Source: Utricularia gibba
Taxonomy: Eukaryota; Plantae; Magnoliophyta
DNA: 64,000 nucleotides
Direction: 5' to 3'
Assembly (NCBI GenBank): GCA_002189035.1
Contig: NEEC01000007.1
Coordinates: forward strand, 744,001 to 808,000
The translations under genes and the position numbers were made by a program. The first letter of the stretch is position 1. Each line of letters opens with the position of its first letter. The notes beneath the pieces were generated by a model. The model made no database searches and was not told the origin of the DNA. It saw nothing but the letters and a program-made list of their open reading frames with translations. Below, piece after piece: positions 49,101-60,786 of this stretch.

Positions 49101-52100
49101 CCTTGCACCAGATGTCAATATGTCTTTTTCGTGTGATGGCATCATTAGGAAGAAATATGGTGGTAGCCAACACGTTTGGATCTTTCGCTTTGCTTGTTGT
49201 CATGATTCTTGGAGGCTTCATACTATCAAGAGGTCAGAAAAACTATCAATATACTGTAACGCTTGATAGTGCTGCCAAGTTTTTACTAAAGCTGAGAACT
49301 GGATCCAACAGATAGTATTCCGGTTTGGTGGATATGGGGTTATTGGTTCTCCCCAATGATGTATGCCCAAAACGCAGCTTCAGTAAATGAGTTTCTTGGG
49401 CACTCCTGGGATAAGGTAGTATCAAATGAACTGTTATTTTATTTGTTTTCACTCTCCAGCCATCGTCATCATTTTTCTTCTCGAAGAAAACAACTGTGTT
49501 ATGTCATTGTGACAGAAATCTGTAGTTGATACTTCCCATTCTCTCGGAGAAACGCTGCTGAATGTTCGCAGTTTGTTCCCGGAAAACTATTGGTATTGGA
49601 TCGGAGTTGGAGCTTTAGTTGGATACACTCTTCTTTTTAATGCTCTCTTTACCCTGTTCCTGAATTACCTAAACCGTAAGTAGCATTATTCAAACTTTGT
49701 GCTGTATGATTCCAGGTCTCAGTCAACCAGCTTCTCTGTAATGCCATTTGTATTTTTTTTTCTCAGCTTTGGGGAATCATCAAGCCATTATTCCCACAGC
49801 CACAGGCGACCCTCATGTCAAGGACAAGGAAGAACAAGAAACTACACGTGAAAGAATTACCTTTGGGGAGTTTCTGGAACGTTCACTTTCATTCACAGGT
49901 TTCTTTTTGTAACCAGGATTAACTTGCGGATTTATATCCTTACCAGATATACCAGTTTGACTTGTAATCTGTGACAGGGGAGAATTTTAAAAAAAAGAGA
50001 GGAATGGTTCTTCCATTTCAACCACTCTCGATGTGCTTCAGCAACATCAATTATTATGTTGATGTTCCCTTGGTAAATTCTGACTCAAATTCATCATGAC
50101 TTAATTTATGGAAAGGGCATAAACATGCATCAGTTCATTTATTTTTTGTTTATGTCATACTGCAGGAACTCAAGGGGCAAGGCATACAAGAAAGCAGGCT
50201 GCAACTACTGGTTGATGTTACTGGTGCATTTCGGCCTGGGGTGCTCACTGCACTGATTGGTGTAAGTGGTGCTGGAAAAACAACCCTCATGGATGTATTA
50301 GCTGGCAGGAAAACCGGAGGACATATCGAGGGGCAGATCTACATTGGGGGATACCCCAAGAATCAACAAACCTTTGCAAGAATTTCGGGATACTGTGAGC
50401 AGACTGATGTACACTCTCCATGTCTCACCGTGCTTGAGTCGCTTGTATTCTCAGCTTGGCTCCGGCTCTCTTCCCAGTGTAACTTCAGCACCCAAAGAGT
50501 AGCCACCTAACCGTGCTTCATTTTCTGCATTGACATCCTTATAACCCCTGCCTCTCAAGTAATTTATATAACTGCAGGCATTCGTTGATGAGGTTATGGA
50601 ACTAGTTGAGCTAAGTCCATTGAGTAGAGCATTGGTTGGGGTACCTGGTGTCAATGGTTTGTCTGTTGAGCAAAGGAAAAGGCTGACAATAGCTGTTGAG
50701 CTTGTGGCAAATCCTTCTATTGTTTTCATGGACGAGCCAACCTCAGGGCTCGATGCCAGATCTGCAGCCATTGTCATGAGGGCTGTTAGGAACATTGTGG
50801 ATACTGGCAGGACAATTGTTTGCACGATTCACCAGCCTAGTATCGATATATTTGAATCATTTGATGAGGTTTCTTCTTCTCCTTCCGGCACTGAATCCTC
50901 ATGATTTCCTTCCTAGTGTGATGTGTCATCTTCTCTATTGTGTTCTCAGCTTCTGTTGATGAAACGCGGTGGCATGCTCATTTACGCCGGTCCACTGGGC
51001 TCCAAATCCATCCAACTAATCCAGTATTTTGAAGTGAGTAGAATGTTATCTCCTTCATGCTTATCACCACCTATTGATGCCATCTGCTGTGCGTTTCTTT
51101 TGTCTCAGTCTATTCCTGGAGTGGAAGAAATAAGACCTGGGTGTAATCCAGCAGCTTGGATCCTGGATGTCACGTCTACAGCCGAAGAAAATCGACTCCA
51201 GGTGGACTTCGCCGAAATTTACCAGCGATCACGGCTGTTTCAGTGAGTTGTTTGCTTACTTTCCGATCGAGTCAGATCTTCAACATGAGCAGCTCGTAAC
51301 ATGTATGCTTACAGGGAAAACCAAGAGCTGGTTAAGAGATTGAGCAAACCAGATAAAGATGCATCTGAACTGAGCTTCCCAAGTGAATATTCCCTGACAT
51401 TTTTTGGACAACTTCTTTCTTGCCTTTGGAAGCAGAACCTGTCCTACTGGCGGAATCCTCAGTACACGGCCGTCCGATTCTTCTACACCGCCATCATCTC
51501 ATTGATGTTTGGAACGATATGTTGGAAGTTCGGTTCAAGAAGGTAGGCAGTCAGCATATTTTCAAGTGTTTAGGATGGATTTGTAGTTGAAGGGAGAGCA
51601 TTCACCATCTTGAATGAATACAGGGAAACCCAACAGGACATATTCAACGCAATGGGCTCCATGTATGCAGCCGTTTTGTTCATTGGGATCACCAATGCGA
51701 CGTCTGTACAACCGGTTGTTTTTGTCGAAAGATACGTCTCCTACAGAGAGAGAGCTGCCGGGATGTATTCTCCCCTGCCATTCGCCTTCGCCCAGGCACG
51801 CATTTTGGCTCCTTCCTTCGTTGGCTGCACTGTGTACTCCCGGCTGACTTCATTTCACACGTTTGGTGCAGGTCATTGTTGAGTTCCCTTACGTGTTTGT
51901 GCAGTCCTTGCTATACAGCACCATCTTCTACTGGATGGCAGCCTTCGAGTGGAACCTCTGGAAGTTCCTCTGGTACATCTACTTCATGTACTTCACTCTC
52001 CTGTACTTCACCTTCTTCGGAATGATGACAACCGCAGTCACCCCCAACCACAACGTCGCCGCCATCCTCGGTGCACCGTTCTACATGATGTGGAACCTCT

Positions 52101-52480
52101 TCAGCGGCTTCATGCTTCCACAAATGGTACGCTACCTTCACACAAACACAGACAGAACCACAGATGAGTTATCTGAGTGACATGGGCTGCTTTTTCATGT
52201 GAAACAGAGGATTCCCATATGGTGGAGATGGTACTACTGGGCGAACCCGATAGCGTGGAGCCTGTACGGCCTGCTCACCTCCCAATACGGAGACGTCACC
52301 AGCGAGGTGAAGCTGAGCGACGGCGTGCATTCAGTGCAGGTGAAGCAGCTCCTGGAAGTGCAGTTTGGATTCAAGCACGAGCTCCTGGGGGTCGCCGGTT
52401 TTGTCGTGGTGGGCTTCTGCGTTGTCTTCGCCGTCACCTTCGGCTTCGCCATCAAGTTCTTCAACTTCATGAGGAGATAG
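46112..52480 (+). CDS. Full-size ABCG/PDR transporter, ABCG32/PEC1-like
   Basis: GPPSSGKST; [30 protein letters not shown]; [13 protein letters not shown]; NBD2 [21 protein letters not shown]; [34 protein letters not shown]; ends [11 protein letters not shown]. Confidence 0.93.
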
Positions 52481-53960
52481 ATACCATACAAATGTTGCAT
52501 GAATACACCGCAAGTGCACAGCAGACCGACCACAACCTCTCTTCCATTCTGCTGCTCAGAGTACATAACAAAACATATTCCATTCAAATAGTCTACTTCT
52601 TTGTAAAACCTCAAACTTAATACACTTTTTTGGTGTCTTTTTCATCGTTGTTGATAAATACAAACATTTTTTGGGGATTCAAAACCGTATTTAAATCCAT
52701 GGAGACAGCATTTGTGGCTTGTCTTTACTTCAAGCAAGAAAATTCGGTTTCTTCATTATGGAGGCAGGGATACAGTGCCCCCCGGTCCACCTACACCCAG
52801 TACGACCGACCACTCTCCGCTTAATTTAAATTCAAATGCAGCCCAAACGGTTCCACCGGTCAGAACAAAAACACGGCGGCGGCGCGTGAACGCCACCATA
52901 CGACCATGTCACTATTATACATATATTGATTATTTAAATATTAATTTTTTGAGAGAGAAATTGATGGTTACAAGAAAATAACATTTAAAATACATAATAA
53001 ATCAGAAATTGGTGAGAGATTTTCATCCTAACATTAATTACATAGAGAAATTAAGATTAGGGTGGACGTTAATCCATGGGATTAATTAGGGTTCCTGCTC
53101 CAATTGTCAAAGCGGAAGCCCCAACCGCTAAACCTAACCATTGACCTGCTCTCTTCCCATTAACTCATCGGATCAAACCCAATCTTGTTGTCTGACCTGA
53201 GGTTCTTTCTTACACCACGCGTGTGTCCCACGATCTGCTGCTGGATGCAATAAAAAAAGCAGATATTCGACGCTGTCTGAAAGTATTTTGCTCTTCTTGT
53301 TTTCAACAACCTGTCTCCAGTATCGCCTGGATAAGACACCAATGGTGTGGAGATGGATATGTAGTTAATACTCGACTTTATGAAAGAGGGGAAAAAAAGA
53401 TATAGAACAGTGAGTCGTGGAGCCCAAAAACGGACACTTTGGGAGAATCTTGGGGCAGGAAGTAATGATCATTCATTGGTGAAAGGGAATCCAAAACCTT
53501 GAAAACGATGGTGAGGAACTCCGGCAACGGTAGATTGCAGAGAAGGAGAGTCGAATGAGATGAATGTCTTTTGGGGGAATCGATCGCTGCCCATCACTTT
53601 CCTTCTCCCAGATAACAACCGTTTATTTTTTTATCGTGAATTCTTCTTCGTCTTCTTTGAACAGTTTGCTTGCTGAAATCCCGCTGAAAAGATGCTGCTG
53701 CTGCTCCTGCTTTTGTAGTAAAACAAGAAAGCACATTTGTTTGTGGGGGAAGGGAAAAGGGAGCACCTTTTCCTTTTTTCCATTTGCGTGTACCCCCACC
53801 TTGTGAAACACACTACAATTCTTTCTCTTTCAATCTCTTTTCTCTTCTAACCCCCCCGGGTTTCAGGATTCGCTTACCCCTTGTTGCTCTCTTGGTTAAG
53901 ACTCTCCAAAGTTTCGTTCTTGACTTAAAGGATCGGTGGGTAGTGGTTATTTCACCATAA

Positions 53961-55268
53961 ATGGCTCATGCACAGAGCAACAGTAAAAGTGTTCTCGGGA
54001 ATGTCTTCGTGGGAGGTGATGGAGAAGTTAATCCCTCCACTTTTCATGATTTTCTTGGTAACAAGCGTCAGGGACAGGTAGCTCCGCCGCCGGAGGTGTC
54101 TGTGTCCATGCCCGTGTCCGCCACTTCGGATCTGGGCTCTGGTGAGCTGACAACGGAACCTAGCTTTCCTTGTGTTTTACCTTTTGAATTCCCTTGTTCT
54201 GTGTCTAAATTTATTTGAAACTCTCTTGCTGTAATGGTAGAGAGACATGTGCGTAGTTACTTAGAGGGAATAGCAGTCTACGGAATGAAAAACAATACTG
54301 CAATGGCAGCAAGCAGCAGTAATTTTATCGGCAACAAGAGAAGCAACTCAAATTCACTTGCAATTTCAGCAGGGCAAGGTGATTCACAAGACAGAGACAG
54401 TCCCTTTCTCACTAAGGTAATTGCTTTCGCTTCTGGTTCCGTCGCAGATACATTATACCAGAACATTTACGATTCATGGTGTGCTTACAGCTTCTCCGGT
54501 ACTCGGGGCACGAAGAGGATACAATGTTTGCTAAACAATCTCCAAGAAATGATGCTAAATGGGGTAGAGCTGCCCCTCTAAGTAGTCCAGGGCCCTTGTT
54601 TCATAATCCCCAAAGCGGTGCTCCATTTTGTTATGCAAACAGAATGAAAGATGCAAGTAACGTCAGCATCTCATTCTTGTCACAAACAGCTGCTGATGAA
54701 GGGTCTAGAACTGGAATCAAGAGGCAACGATTCGCTGATTCAATGAATGCAGCAGCACCAGGAGCTATCCCTGGAAATGCAAGACATCCAACTGGTAAAC
54801 AACCAATTGCTTGTGAGCCTGAAGCAACCACAAATCTCAGGTTCGGCTCTTAACATACAAACACCGTGTATAGTCCACGAGATTCAATTCAACTTATGCC
54901 CATGTTTCTGAAATAATATATCTGGAGCTGTGTCATCAGTGAGCATGGAAGGGAATCAAGTGGCGGGTCTGGGCAGATGACAGTTTTTTACCGTGGCCAA
55001 GCTCATGTTTTCGATAATGTTCCTCCCAATAAGGTGCTCTACAGGCATTGCTATTTGCTTTCACGATCAGTCTGATCAATTAACCATAGGTTCATAACTG
55101 ATCTAAACACATCAGGCCGACGTTATAATGGCGCTTGCCGGATCAAGCGGAGGGCGTTGGTCCACTGTGTACCAACAACAGAAGCCACCAACGGACAGCA
55201 AGACGAAGGAGCCTCCCGGCTGCACCAGCAGCAAGCAGGGGATCGGAAACCCGGACGGCGTAATGTAA
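53961..55268 (+). CDS. TIFY8: TIFY8-like protein (ZIM domain, no Jas motif), 5 exons
   Basis: FHDFLG; ATSDLGS|ER; ADEGSRTGIK; QMTVFYRGQAHVFDNVPPNK|ADVIMALAGSSGGRWST. Confidence 0.82.
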
Positions 55269-55400
55269 GCGAAATCTACTCGGAAACATTTTGTGATTTA
55301 CAGCGCAATCGGATTCACTGCAAGTCGTTATTTTCTTCCCTATCCAATTTTGTATTATTGCCCAAGAAAAACAACAAGAAAAAGGAAATTTTTAACATAA

Positions 55401-55468
55401 TGGGCTTTTTTACTCAGAATATCATTATTGGGCTGGGCTGTTGGGCCTCTCTTAATTCCCATTGGGCT
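55401..55468. promoter_or_regulatory. Five site II (TGGGCY) elements in 68 bp just downstream of TIFY8
   Basis: TGGGCT at 55401, 55429, 55434 and 55463; TGGGCC at 55442. Confidence 0.45.
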
Positions 55469-57193
55469 TGCACATAGGAGAGGCATTTAGGGGGGTTCAC
55501 CGATCTATTCACACAATAATTTTGATAATATATATTAATATATGTCAGTAATAACACTAATTTATAAGGGCTGCATTTAATAGGTTTATTCATATTTTTA
55601 TATTAAAAATTACATTCATTTAATAGACATGTTTTTTTAGTACATGTATTATCTATAAAATAATTACATAATTCAGTACATTAAATCATAAAAAAAAAAC
55701 ATGAATTGATTGCATAAAAGCTAACAGTTTGAAAGATTCAACTATAATTCAAATAATAAAAAACATCGAATCATAATTAAATTATTTTTGAATCATGATT
55801 GAATCATAATTTATTTTTTTATTTTAAAACATTTCGAATTTAATTGAACTATTTTGATAAATGGTTCGCAATGTAACTATGGTTAATCTATGATTTTTAA
55901 AACACAAACAGAATCTTTCAAAACTTGTTTTATGTGAAATTTATTTATTTATTTTAATCATATAATATATATTTATTTAACTATATATAATTCAAATGTA
56001 TAATAAATTAAAGTATCAAAAGGGTGTCAACAAGGGTGGACACTCTATGGCTACACATTATTTATTATGGGCAGTGGGCAGTCTAGCCAGGGGAAAAATG
56101 TATATATTTAATTACCATATGTGTGGTGCAATCACTCATTTGATACTAGGAATTAGTGTGTGTAACTAACCACCATTCTATGCTGACTTTTAGGCCCTCC
56201 CTAACAAAATTTTTTAGGACATCTTTCTAGACTTGTTTCTTAGTGCAGGTAGATCACTAAATACTTTTTTTTATTTAACAAAATAAAAAATATTGAAATA
56301 TACATAATTATAATTATAAAATTTTTAGTGTACTAATGTATGTTTTGGAAGATGAGGTATGTGTATCAGCCACATGTTTTGATTTAAAATGTTAAAATTT
56401 TCATATCTTATATATTAATTAATGATATATTGTAAAATATTCAGAAAAGTCAATTGTTTTATTTATTTTTATTAAATAAAAATAAAGTTTTAATTTAGGT
56501 ATTTTTATAGGGTATAAAATTAAGTATTTTCCACCTGGGAAAAGAAAAGTGAATTATTACTATTTTGAAAGCGCAGCTTCAGCACTGAATACTGAATACG
56601 CCATGCATTCAAATCGCGTCTGGGCAATGTCGCCACGGGCAGCGTCCTCTACAGGGTAATGTTAGTGTTGTAACATTATAGGTAGCGCTCCACAACGCCT
56701 CCATTCCCTTCTTCCGGGAATAGGCGCGGTGCCCTACTCTTTCTCTTTCTTCAAAAGGAGAACGAATGAGTCTGAGTGAGTGAATAAGCATCTATCACTC
56801 GTGTTTCTGGGTACCGGTAAGTTTTTCATAATTTTCCCTCGTTTAGTCTTTTTGGCTTTTCTGGGTTCTTGGAAAGGGGAATCTTTGGGATGAAAGCCGA
56901 TCCCCGTTGTGTTCATGATGAAGGGATGTTGGTTTTCTTAGGAGATTTGTGAGATCGTGGGCTACATTGCTGCATTCTTGACTTTGGGAGTGGAAGAACG
57001 TTGTTTCTCAAGAAAGTCTTCTTTGTGGTTGTGGGTATCTAGCTAAATCTCTCGATCTGTGGGCATATTCGTTTAGATCCGGAAAATTTTATAATGTTTG
57101 TGATTTAATACTCTCCTTAGAGGTGATAATGAGGAAGTGTTAATGTGTTTCGTCTTGTTTATTCTCAGATCCCTCATTGATATCATTTAGCGT

Positions 57194-58735
57194 ATGAGAA
57201 TGGGTGAAATCAAAGCAAATGCACGGAATGCTCCTCCATCCTCTTCCCAGAAGCTACCAGATTTCAAGCAGTCTGTGAGACTCAAGTATGTGAAGCTGGG
57301 ATATCATTACCTCATAACCCATGGAGTCTATCTTTTTTTGTCCCCTTTGTTGGTGCTTGTTGCAGCCCAAATGTCCATGTTTTCCCTTGAAGACCTTTAT
57401 CTTCTTTGGGATCACCGCAGATTCAACCTGATCTCCGTAGTTGTCTGTTCAGTTTTAATAGTGTTTTTGTCAACTGTCTACTTTCTCACAAGACCTGGCC
57501 CTGTGTACCTTGTGAACTTTTCGTGTTATAAGCCAGAGGATGATAGGAAGTGCACAAGGCATATTTTTATGGAGAGATCAGGCTTAACAGGCACATTCAC
57601 TGATGAAAATCTTGCTTTCCAAAGGAAGATCCTTGAAAGGTCTGGCCTTGGTGAGTCAACTTATCTCCCGGAAGCCGTACTGCGAGTACCTCCAAATCCA
57701 TGCATGGCAGAAGCAAGGAAAGAAGCTGAGATGGTTATGTTTGGTGCAATTGATGAGCTTCTTGGTAAAACTTCTCTGAATCCAAAGGACATTGGCATAT
57801 TGATAGTGAACTGCAGTCTTTTTAATCCCACACCATCTTTATCGGCTATGATCATCAACCATTACAAGCTCAGAGGAAACATAGCTAGTTATAATCTTGG
57901 TGGAATGGGATGTAGTGCTGGCTTAATATCTATTGACCTTGCTAAGGACCTTCTCCAGGTTCATCCCAACACATATGCTCTAGTTATCAGTATGGAGAAC
58001 ATTACATTGAATTGGTATTTTGGGAATGATAGATCCATGCTTGTTTCCAACTGCCTATTTCGCATGGGAGGTGCTGCGATTTTACTCTCCAACAAAAAAT
58101 CGGACTGCTGGAGATCCAAGTACCGTTTAACTCATACTGTCCGAACCCACAAAGGTTCTGATGACAAATGCTTCTCTTGTGTAACACAAATGGAGGATTC
58201 CACCGGAGAAGTAGGAGTTTCCCTGTCGAAAGACTTGATGGCCGTTGCTGGTGATGCTTTGAAGACAAATATCACAACTTTAGGTCCCCTTGTTCTGCCC
58301 ATGTCTGAGCAGCTGCTTTTTTTCGCAAGTTTAGTTGGGAAAAAGGTCCTGAAGATGAAGATGAAGCCATATATTCCTGATTTCAAGTTGGCTTTTGAGC
58401 ATTTCTGCATTCATGCTGGTGGAAGAGCCGTTCTGGATGAACTGGAAAAAAATCTTCAGTTACGGGATTGGCACATGGAACCATCAAGGATGACTCTATA
58501 TCGATTTGGCAACACATCGAGCAGCTCTCTGTGGTATGAGCTTGCATATTGTGAAGCTAAAGGGAGGATTAACAAGGGAGAAAGGATATGGCAGATAGCA
58601 TTTGGATCTGGTTTCAAATGTAACAGTGCTGTGTGGAAAGCTCTCAGGACCATAAATCCTGCCAACGAAAAAAACCCATGGATCGATGAAATTCAGAGCT
58701 TCCCCGTGGAGATTCCCAAGTTTTCAGCCATTTGA
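57194..58735 (+). CDS. 3-ketoacyl-CoA synthase (KCS11-like), intronless CDS; 5'UTR intron about 56816-57168
   Basis: [19 protein letters not shown]; [10 protein letters not shown] active-site Cys; [11 protein letters not shown]; GNTSSSS; GSGFKCNS. Confidence 0.95.
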   Translation: MRMGEIKANARNAPPSSSQKLPDFKQSVRLKYVKLGYHYLITHGVYLFLSPLLVLVAAQMSMFSLEDLYLLWDHRRFNLISVVVCSVLIVFLSTVYFLTRPGPVYLVNFSCYKPEDDRKCTRHIFMERSGLTGTFTDENLAFQRKILERSGLGESTYLPEAVLRVPPNPCMAEARKEAEMVMFGAIDELLGKTSLNPKDIGILIVNCSLFNPTPSLSAMIINHYKLRGNIASYNLGGMGCSAGLISIDLAKDLLQVHPNTYALVISMENITLNWYFGNDRSMLVSNCLFRMGGAAILLSNKKSDCWRSKYRLTHTVRTHKGSDDKCFSCVTQMEDSTGEVGVSLSKDLMAVAGDALKTNITTLGPLVLPMSEQLLFFASLVGKKVLKMKMKPYIPDFKLAFEHFCIHAGGRAVLDELEKNLQLRDWHMEPSRMTLYRFGNTSSSSLWYELAYCEAKGRINKGERIWQIAFGSGFKCNSAVWKALRTINPANEKNPWIDEIQSFPVEIPKFSAI

Positions 58736-59301
58736 CTTCATCCGTTTTCCCATGGTGACCTCGCTTTTTTAATGGCGGTTTATGTGTCTGGTTTTGTAAG
58801 GTAGGAGATGGACAAGCTCGCCTAGTTGTCATGTCTAGTAATGTTATTGTTAGTTGTCTGCACTCCTAGACTCCTACTTTGGAGTACCATAAATATGAAC
58901 TCCTGTTGGGAATGCGTTCACTTTTCTGGAGGAGTTTTGAGGAGAGCTTCCCAGACATATTGTGTTGCATACTGCTTATGGTTGATTACATCTGCAGTTT
59001 CCATGAAATCTCAATTCTGTCAGTGCAATTACACGAAGGAAGTTATGGTTCTTCCTTCATCATCAAATATATAAACCTAACAAATGTCTACAAGCAAGAT
59101 TACATTGCATTAAGTTTGAAATGAAGCCCAAAGTATAGAACTCTGAAACAGAATCCAAACCAGGGTTTTCAAGCAAACCAGAGGCACAGGTCCATCTAAC
59201 AAGCGTTCTGTTGAAAACCTGAAATCCTGAACTTCCCATAACATATACTAAGTCAACTAATACCTGATCAATGGAACAAGGAGCATGTTACTGGAGCTTG
59301 C

Positions 59302-60374
59302 TTATTCCTTGGATGATTTGTTGATGAGGGATTTGTGTATATGTGGAATCACACCACCACCGGCGATGGTCCCTTTTATAAGGGTATCAAGTTCCTCGTC
59401 TCCCCGGATAGCTAGCTGGAGATGCCGAGGAGTGATACGCTTCACCTTCAGATCCTTGCTAGCATTTCCAGCCAACTCCAGTACTTCAGCAGTTAGGTAC
59501 TCAAGAATGGCAGCAGAATAGACTGCAGCTGTAGCTCCGACTCTTCCATGGGCAGTCACTCGCTCCTTCAAGATTCGGTGAATGCGGCCCACAGGAAACT
59601 ACAAGAAAGGTAGATAACTAAGTTCCTCAAATATGGAGCAGGAATAACGAAGAAAAGAATATCCAACTTTTATGAAAAAAAAAAGTGTTGAATAATGACA
59701 CTCGCAAAACTGCTCTCATTAAAAATCATTGTAGATGACCAAACTTGTCACTCATGGCGTTAAGGGGCAAACATCAGTACAAGAGTGCATTGTATTTCTT
59801 GTTTTCTTGACAACTCCACGAGAGATCATTTTCATCACGATCACACAGCTAGTTCTTTTTGTCTGATGAGGTTTCACTAATCAAGAAACACAGGAACCCC
59901 GACGCAACTCATCAAAATCCATCAAAGATCAAGCTCATATTTTCAAAATTTAACTAATTCAGTGAACAAAGAAAACCCACATGGCACCTAGAAGGAAAAT
60001 GCTCTGTTACCTAAGTCATCACACTTTCCCTTCCTCTAGAACCTGATCAACACTCAAATCCAGAATAAACAGGAATATATTTCAAGCCCACTCACTAATC
60101 ATTGCCAAAGACCCAACACATCCAGAATAAAACAAAAAAAGAGCCACATCATAGCAGAATCTCCAAAACAGTCCGAAAATGATAGACAACACCCATATCC
60201 AGTACACAGATGAAAATTGAAAACCCGAAGCAGCGGGAACGATAAAAAAGAGAAACAAAAAACCTGCAGTCCAGCACGAGAAGAGCGAGAGGTGGGTTTC
60301 TTCTTATCCTTGTCTTTGTCCTTCGACGCCGGCGCCTTCCCTGCCAACAATCCCTTCGCTCCCTTACCTGACAT
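59302..60374 (-). CDS. H2A.Z: Histone H2A.Z (exons 60374-60264, 59598-59302)
   Basis: SRSSRAGLQ|FPVGRIHR...[72 protein letters not shown]. Confidence 0.97.
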
Positions 60375-60490
60375 TTTCTGACAAACAATTCTTCCGCCAA
60401 GCACACAGATCTGCGAAATTCTTCGCACGAAGGAACACACGGTAGAACAGACGAGAAGAAAAGGATAAATCAGATGACGAGCCGAGCAGT

Positions 60491-60548
60491 TGGGCCAAAA
60501 GCTGATTAAACATTAAATGGGCCACTATTTTAATCCCACATAGGCCCA
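60491..60548. promoter_or_regulatory. Three site II (TGGGCY) elements upstream of H2A.Z
   Basis: TGGGCC at 60491 and 60518 and GGCCCA at 60543, about 120-175 bp upstream of the ATG; typical of TCP-bound promoters of proliferation genes. Confidence 0.6.
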
Positions 60549-60786
60549 ATCCTATCATAAATTAGTCCATTTATATTATTTGGAAATGAAACATAAAAAT
60601 GACAATTCGATATTTAAAAATAATAATATAATAATGTATTTAAAATTCAAATAAATTTTAATATTTATAGTTATTTAATAAGTGTTCCATGAGAATGTCT
60701 AAAAATTAAATAATAAACCAAAAACAAATATTATAAATATTATTCTTTTTTTTTCATTGAAACGTAAAAAAATAGAAAGATATCTT

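Noticed and set aside
53310-53340. Small hairpin TGTC-TCCAG...CTGGA-TAA-GACA as a possible snoRNA or miRNA
   Set aside because: Stem too short for a miRNA, and no convincing C/D or H/ACA box arrangement.
60533-60575. USE-like ATCCCACATAG with a TATA-like motif about 24 bp downstream (Pol III snRNA-type promoter spacing)
   Set aside because: One mismatch to the USE consensus; the downstream sequence is AT-rich with no resemblance to U6, U3, 7SL, MRP or telomerase RNA; overlaps the H2A.Z site II elements.
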